Positions 35,904-41,646 of a stretch of 41,646 bases of DNA are shown here, piece by piece; position 1 is the stretch's first letter; the number at the start of each line of letters is the position of its first letter. The translations under genes and the position numbers were made by a program. Source of the DNA: Chiloscyllium plagiosum (lineage: Eukaryota); contig NC_057728.1 of the NCBI RefSeq assembly GCF_004010195.1, forward strand, positions 50,622,870-50,664,515. Reading direction: 5' to 3'. The notes under the pieces were generated by a model. It did no database searches, was not told where the DNA came from, and saw only the letters and a program-made list of their open reading frames with translations.

Positions 35904-37163
35904 ATGTGGAGGAGCCGGTATTGGATTGAGGTGGACGAAGTTAAAAATCACACAACACCAGGTTATAGTCCAACAGGTTTATTTGGAAGCACTAGCTTTC
36001 AGAGCGCTGCTCCTTCATCAGGTGGTTGTGGTGTATAAGATCATAAGACACAGAATTTATAGCAAAAGGTTACAGTGTCATACAGTGATACATTGAACAA
36101 ACGTGAATTGTTAAGTCTCATCTTTTAGAATGGGTTGAGGTTTTGGTTCATTAACATGTAAATTCCAGAACTTATTTTAAGTCACTTTCTTGAGCTAACT
36201 TAAGGATTTATAACAAAAGATGACATCTCAGCTCAGACAGTGCATTAAAGGTATGAGGTCACAGTCTGTCCATATCCCAATCCTGAGTCTGACTGGTTCT
36301 ATTTCCAAAGTGGAATCTACAAAATATTACATGGATTGACTGACTGCAGATTGTGCATTTTTTGAGTAAAATAGAATGTATCTGCAAATATAATTCTGCA
36401 AAAACAAATTCATCCCATAGACTTATGTGTGTGCACGCATGAGAGAGAGAGAAAGTGAGCATGTGCACGTGAGTGTGTGCTTGTGTGTGCACGTGAGAGA
36501 GTGTGTGTTTGCACATGTGCAAGTTTGGTAAAGTATTTCTGTGGGTGTGATGGAGTATAAGCCTGTGTGAGGGTGCGTGCGTGCGTGCATGAGAGAAGGT
36601 CTGCATCAGTATACAAGAGTGTGTGCTTTGTGTGAGAATGTATAGTGTAGTGGGGTCACCTGTAGTGTGACATGAACCTAAGATCCTGGTAGAGGCTATC
36701 CTCACGGGTACTGAACTTGGCTATCAGGCTCTGCTCGGCCACTGTGCGTGATTGCCTGTCCCGAAGTCTGCCTTGGAGGACGGTCACCTGAGGATCTGAG
36801 GCCGAATGTCCCTGACCGCTGAAGTGTTCCCCGACTGGGAGGGAACACCCTGCTTGTTGATTGTTGTGCGGTGTCCATTCATCTGTTGTTGTTGTGTCTG
36901 TTTGGTCTCGCCAATGTGTCATGCTTCAGGGCATCCTTGCCTACAGCATATGAGATAGACAGCGTTGGCAAAGTCACATAAGTACCTGCCAGGTACACAG
37001 TGGGTGGTGTCCCCATGGGTAATGGTGGTATCTGTGACACGTCTTGCAGTGCACTCAGCCAACGTTTTCTATCTCATACGCTGCAGGCAGGGATGCCTTT
37101 CCGAAAGCAAGTGCTTCCAAATAAACCTGTTGGGCAATAATGTGGTGTCGCGTGATTTCTAAC
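35904..37163 (-). mobile_element. Penelope-like element, family B, with GIY-YIG remnant and inverted 5' segment, inside a CR1 remnant
   Basis: 14-bp TSD taagaatattcaag at 35890-35903 and 37164-37177; ORF 36656-36922 (SLPVGEHFSGQGHSASD..AEQSLIAKFST..DLRFMSHY); hammerhead at 35990-36024; inverted SANVFYLIRCRQGC segment and inverted terminal repeat at about 37045-37163. Confidence 0.9.
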
Positions 37164-38133
37164 TAAGAATATTCAAGGTTGAGATGGACAAATTTTTTAT
37201 CAGTAAGAGAATCAAGATTTATGGGTAAAAGGCAGAAAAATGGGGTTGAGGATTATGAGATCAGCCATGATCTCATTGGATGGTGGAGCAAATGGCCTAC
37301 TTTTGCTCTAGTGTGTTATGAGGAACTCCAGTTATCTGGACAGGCGGAAGATTGGTTCTCTTGTAGCAGGAATGGTCAAGAGATCCCATTTAGCAGTGGT
37401 ATTTCCGATTTTAGAGAGATCTTAATGGGACAACTCTTCATTGGCAGGAGAGGAATCTTTATGATAATGTAAAAGAAATGGAGATAAGGAAACAAAATAC
37501 TGAATTAGAAATTAGAATTTGTTACCTGAAAAGGTAGTGGAGGCAGATTCGATGGTAACTTACAAAACGGTATTAGATACGTTCTATAAAAGAAAAGGGT
37601 ATGGACCAATACCTGGATTTGTATTTTAACCACCCTATCTTTGAGTTTAATAGAAGTTTGAGTTTGAAACAAAATCTCGCTCTATAGGACACATCTGATC
37701 TCCCCGTGTTAGTCTGCCCATTAACCTTACTAACTGAAATCGACCTAGTAATCTTCCACATTCCTCCATGAGAGCTTTTTTCTGACGTGAGACAACCAAT
37801 TCACTTTGCATGAGGCAATCAAACTCTACTCCCAGCTGTAATTCAATTTGGCAGTCTCACAAGACTGCCGAGCAACCTTTGTAGACTCTCTTAAAATCTT
37901 TACGGTCCGTGGTTTGAGGCACACTGGTCCGAATTGCTTTTGCCGCAGAAGTGACAGAGTTACTGACCAAGTCGAGCTCACACTGAAATACAATAGCTTT
38001 TCGTGCTGCAACAAGCTTTCATTTTTGTAGGCACCAGGCATACAGAAATGCAGAGAATTCTATTAAAATGCCCCATCTAAATAACTAAATGAAAGGTCAG
38101 CGTGCAGAGCAGGCAACAGGAGTTTCATTTACC

Positions 38134-38478
38134 AGAGCGACTGGGCTTGTATACACTTGAGTTTAGAAGGATCAGAGGGGATCTGATTGAGATGTACAAG
38201 ATTATCAAAGGATTGGACACTCTGGAGGCAGAACGCATGTTTCTGCTGATGGGTGAGTCCAGAACCAGAGGACACAGTTTAAAAATAAGGGACAGTGGAG
38301 GTCAAGTCTCTGGATACTTTCAAGAAAGAGATGGATAGAGCTCTAAAAGATAATGGAATCAAGGGGATAAGGGAGGAACAGGATACTGAGTGTGGATGAT
38401 CAGCCATGATCATAATGCATGGTGGTGCTGACTCAAAGGGCCGAATGGCCTACTCCTGCACCTATTGTCTATTGTCTG
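38134..38478 (+). mobile_element. CR1 LINE 3' fragment
   Basis: ERLGLYTLEFRRIRGDLIEMYKIIKGLD..MGESRTRGHSLKIR; tail ctattgtctattgtct. Confidence 0.85.
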
Positions 38479-38978
38479 TAAGAGCCCTGCATCACCTCCT
38501 TTGGGGAAGGCTTTCTGGAATTAAGTACCTCTTTTCAGTTGGCAACGACAGATCTTCTCCAGGATCAAGGACCCTGTGGGTGGGCATCCATTCCCCATGC
38601 AACTGGTGCTGGTCAATCAGAGGGCGGCAGCTGTCCAGTGCAGGCAACGTCCTCAAGGGAGTGTTGACTGCTGCTGACAATATATCCAGAGAGCAGCCTC
38701 GAATTAGACAGGGACGCAGGCCATGGGTGAGTGAGTGGGGGAAAGGGCTTTGACACATGCAGGTTTTGGAGGAGTGGTGGTTGGCTTTTAGCATATACAC
38801 ACACACACAGACCAAGCACTGAATGCTTCTGAATCTAGGTACCATGCCCACATGTAGCCCTGACAGGTGTGATGTTTAGAATTCCCACCTGGTAACTGCC
38901 CTACCCTTCCCTCCCTCCATTTGCTGAATACCTGCAGCAGCAGAACAACGCTCTTAAGTGGGCATTAAGAACCTGGAG

Positions 38979-39187
38979 CTGAAAATGTGTTGCTGGAACA
39001 GCGCAGCAGGTCAGGCAGCATCCAGGGAACAGGAGAATCGACGTTTCGGATGCAGGAAGATTCCTGAAGAAGGGCTTATGCCCGAAACGTCGATTCTCCT
39101 GTTCCCTGGATGCTGCCTGACCTGCTGTGCTGTTCCAGCAACACATTTTCAGCTCTGATCTCCAGCATCTGCAGACCTCACTTTCTC
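38979..39187. mobile_element. Young family A fold-back insertion with intact hammerhead motif
   Basis: 74-bp inverted arms 38976-39049 and 39082-39155 (one G-U difference); perfect 16-bp TSD cattaagaacctggag at 38963-38978 and 39188-39203. Confidence 0.9.
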
Positions 39188-39398
39188 CATTAAGAACCTG
39201 GAGACTTCCTGCCCCAGAATTACAACAAAGGTGATGGTGTTCCCCATCAGGCCATCGTCCTGCCGAACAAACACTATCTCAGCTCCTCCCCACTAACAGT
39301 GGATGTGTGCGGTTAGCATTATCTGTGTTATATTTATCAGTTTATACTGTTGAATGGTAACTTTTTGATGTCTGTTTGTTTTGGCATCTTTTCAAAAG

Positions 39399-39471
39399 TT
39401 TCATATGTGGAAATGAAGAAATTCCGGTACCTGTACATTGGGACAGTATAGAGCGAGAGAAACCTTATCAG
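39399..39471 (+). CDS. PARP11: PARP11 exon, WWE to catalytic-domain linker; gene continues beyond the window
   Basis: cttttcaaaag|T..CAG|gtaggt; (S)FICGNEEIPVPVHWDSIEREKPYQ, matching human SYICENEAIPMPPHWENVNTQVPYQ (recalled); 73 nt, phase 2 to phase 0. Confidence 0.92.
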
Positions 39472-39859
39472 GTAGGTCTGTTCAGGCAATTTCTTTCAAA
39501 AGCCACAAGTGCATCATAACTTACCAAACTAAATTATCAACTTTGTTTCTAGCTCAACCCATTGCACAAATCTTCAAATGAATATGTGGAAGTCGCAAAA
39601 CTCTTTGGCCACTCAATTGACCAAAATCGAATCAAGAAAATTCAAAGAATTCAGAATCTAGACTTATGGGAATTCTATTGCAGGTAATACATAAGGAAGA
39701 TCTTGTTTTCATTCTTTCAGTATGAGAGAACTCTACCTGTCTTTGATTCATTAGAATTTGTTTTAAGTCATTTTTATCTAAGGATTGTGCATAAAAGTAC
39801 TTACTAATATTTCCTATATTTGGGGCTTGAGTTTCTTTGCTCTATCCCGTGCTGATTTC

Positions 39860-40400
39860 TCATAGAGTCCTAGAGAATAGAAGCAGGCACAGCAGCCCAC
39901 CACATCCATGCTGACTAATAAATACCAAACTACATTAATTCCATTTAACTGCACTTGGTCCATAGCCTACTCTGCCCTGGCATTTTTATTAAATGTTGTG
40001 AGAATACCTGCCTCCACCACCCTCTCAGGCAGCACATTCCATATATCTGGCATTCTCTGGGTGTTTTTTTTTCTCCAATCTCCTGGAAACCACTTGCTCC
40101 TCACCTTAAATTTGTACTCTCTAGTCTTCGACGCATCTGCCAGGGGGCAATGATTCTCACAATCTACACTTTCTATACCTCTCATAATTTTATATCCCCC
40201 AATCAGATTCTTCCTCAGCCTATCCAGTATGTACACATAACCAAAATTTTCCATCCCAAGCACCACCCTGGTGAATCTTCTCTGCACCCTCTCCAGTACA
40301 ATCACATCCTTCTGATTGTGTGGCGACCAGAACTGCACACAGTATTCCATCTGTGGTGTAACCAATATTTGATAAAGTTGTAATGAGACACCCTTGCTCC
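39860..40400 (-). mobile_element. CR1 LINE 3' fragment
   Basis: ORF 39967-40365: PQMEYCVQFWSPH.QKDVIVLERVQRRFTR..WNVLPERVVEAG. Confidence 0.85.
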
Positions 40401-40425
40401 GAGAGTCTACATGCTGACTAATGAA

Positions 40426-41305
40426 GGAGAAAGTAAGGACTGCAGATGCTGGAGATCAGAGTCAAGAGTGTGGTGCTGGAAAAGCACAGCAGGTCAGGCA
40501 GCATCCAGGAGCAGGAGAAGCGATGTTTCAGGCATAAGCCCTTCATCAGGAATGAGGCTTGTGGCCGGGGGGCTGAGAGATAAATGGGAGGGGCTGGGGT
40601 TGGTGGGAAGGAGCTGAGAATGCGATTGCTAGATGAAGGTGAGGGAGAAGATGATAGGTCAGAGAGGAGGGTGGAGCGGTTAGGTGGGAAAGGTGATGGA
40701 CAGGTCAGGAGGGCAGTGCCGAGTTGGAGGCTTGGGACTGGGATAATGTGGAGGGAGAGGAAATGAGGAATCTGTTGTAATCTACATTGATCCCGTGTGG
40801 TTGCAGGATCCCAAGGCATAACATGAGGCGATGTTCCTCCAGACATCGGTTGGTAAGGGTTTGGCGATGGAGGAGGCATGTCCTTGACTGAGTGGGGATT
40901 GGGGGAAGTTGAAGTGTTCAGCTACAGGACAGTAGGGTTGGTTGGAGCGGGTGTACTCGAGATGTTCTCCGAAATGATCTGCAAGTAGGCATCCTATTGC
41001 CCCAATGTAGAGGGGACCACATTGGTTGCAACAGATACAGCAGCTGACATTGGTGGAGGTACAGGTAAATTTCTGTTGGATGTGGAAGGATCCTTTGGTA
41101 CCTTGGACGGAGGTGAGGGGAGTGGTGTGGGTGCAGGTTTTGCACTTCCTGCAGTGGCAGAACAAAGTGCCAGGAGTGTGGAGCGGGCTGGTGGGGTGGG
41201 TGGGGGAGGGTGGGTGGCGAGGACCTGATGAGGGAGGCACGGATGGAATGGTCTCTGTGGAACTTTGGTGGTGGGGGGAGGGAAATACTTTTCTGGTGGT
41301 GAGAC
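40426..41305 (-). mobile_element. Penelope-like element, family A, with GIY-YIG endonuclease remnant
   Basis: ORF 40782-41387 includes CHCRKCKTCTH..FTCTSTNVSCCICCNQCGPLYIG..FGEH..PVAEHFN (Cys-rich linker and GIY-YIG); terminal repeat with hammerhead at 40522-40549. Confidence 0.88.
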
Positions 41306-41646
41306 CCTCTCCCACTCCTCCTACGCTGAGCTCCATCCGCTCTTCTCCCGCTCCCCCTACACAGAGCTCGATCCGCTCCTCTCCCACACCCCATACACTG
41401 ATCTATATCTGCTCGTCTCCCACTCCCCCTACACTGATCTCGATCCGCTCCTCTCCCACTCCCCCAACACTGATCTCGATCCGCTCCTCTCCCACTCCCC
41501 CTACACTGACCTCGATCCGCTCCTCTCCCGCTCCCCCGACACTGATCTCGATCCGTTACTCTCGCACTCCCCCAACACTGATCTCGATCCGCTCCTCTCC
41601 CACTCCCCCTACACTGACCTCGATCCGCTCCTCTCCCACTCCCCCT
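41306..41646. repeat. 35-36 bp C-rich minisatellite, about 9 copies, runs off the window
   Basis: Unit cctctcccactccccctacactga(c/t)ctcgatccgct repeated in tandem. Confidence 0.92.

Noticed and set aside
38901..39158. Mirror-image ORFs on both strands
   Set aside because: Artefact of the inverted repeat; the same peptide recurs in every family A copy.
41306..41646. CRISPR-like array of about 36-bp repeats
   Set aside because: Head-to-tail units without unique spacers, eukaryotic context, no cas genes.

Overview
Vertebrate genomic DNA, most likely a cartilaginous fish (shark), inferred from the HE1-type V-SINE, CR1 LINEs and Penelope families. Two intron-containing genes lie in tandem on the + strand. 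(1) The 3' part of a ZP-module gene of the uromodulin/GP2/ZPD type: six exons at 4729-20362 that splice into one frame encoding ZP-N, ZP-C, an RLRR furin site, the external hydrophobic patch, a transmembrane helix and a short tail, with AATAAA at 20452. (2) The 5' part of PARP11: CpG island at about 22950-23620 and four WWE-region coding exons at 27477-39471. The rest is mostly transposon debris. The strongest unexplained signal is three distinct families of Penelope-like (GIY-YIG) terminal repeats, each carrying a minimal hammerhead ribozyme motif. One family has a compensated U3-A8 core instead of C3-G8. Many copies are short asymmetric fold-back insertions with 8-16 bp target-site duplications and a reproducible unpaired tail of about 30-35 nt. 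All calls are from reading the sequence by eye; no searches or folding programs were run.
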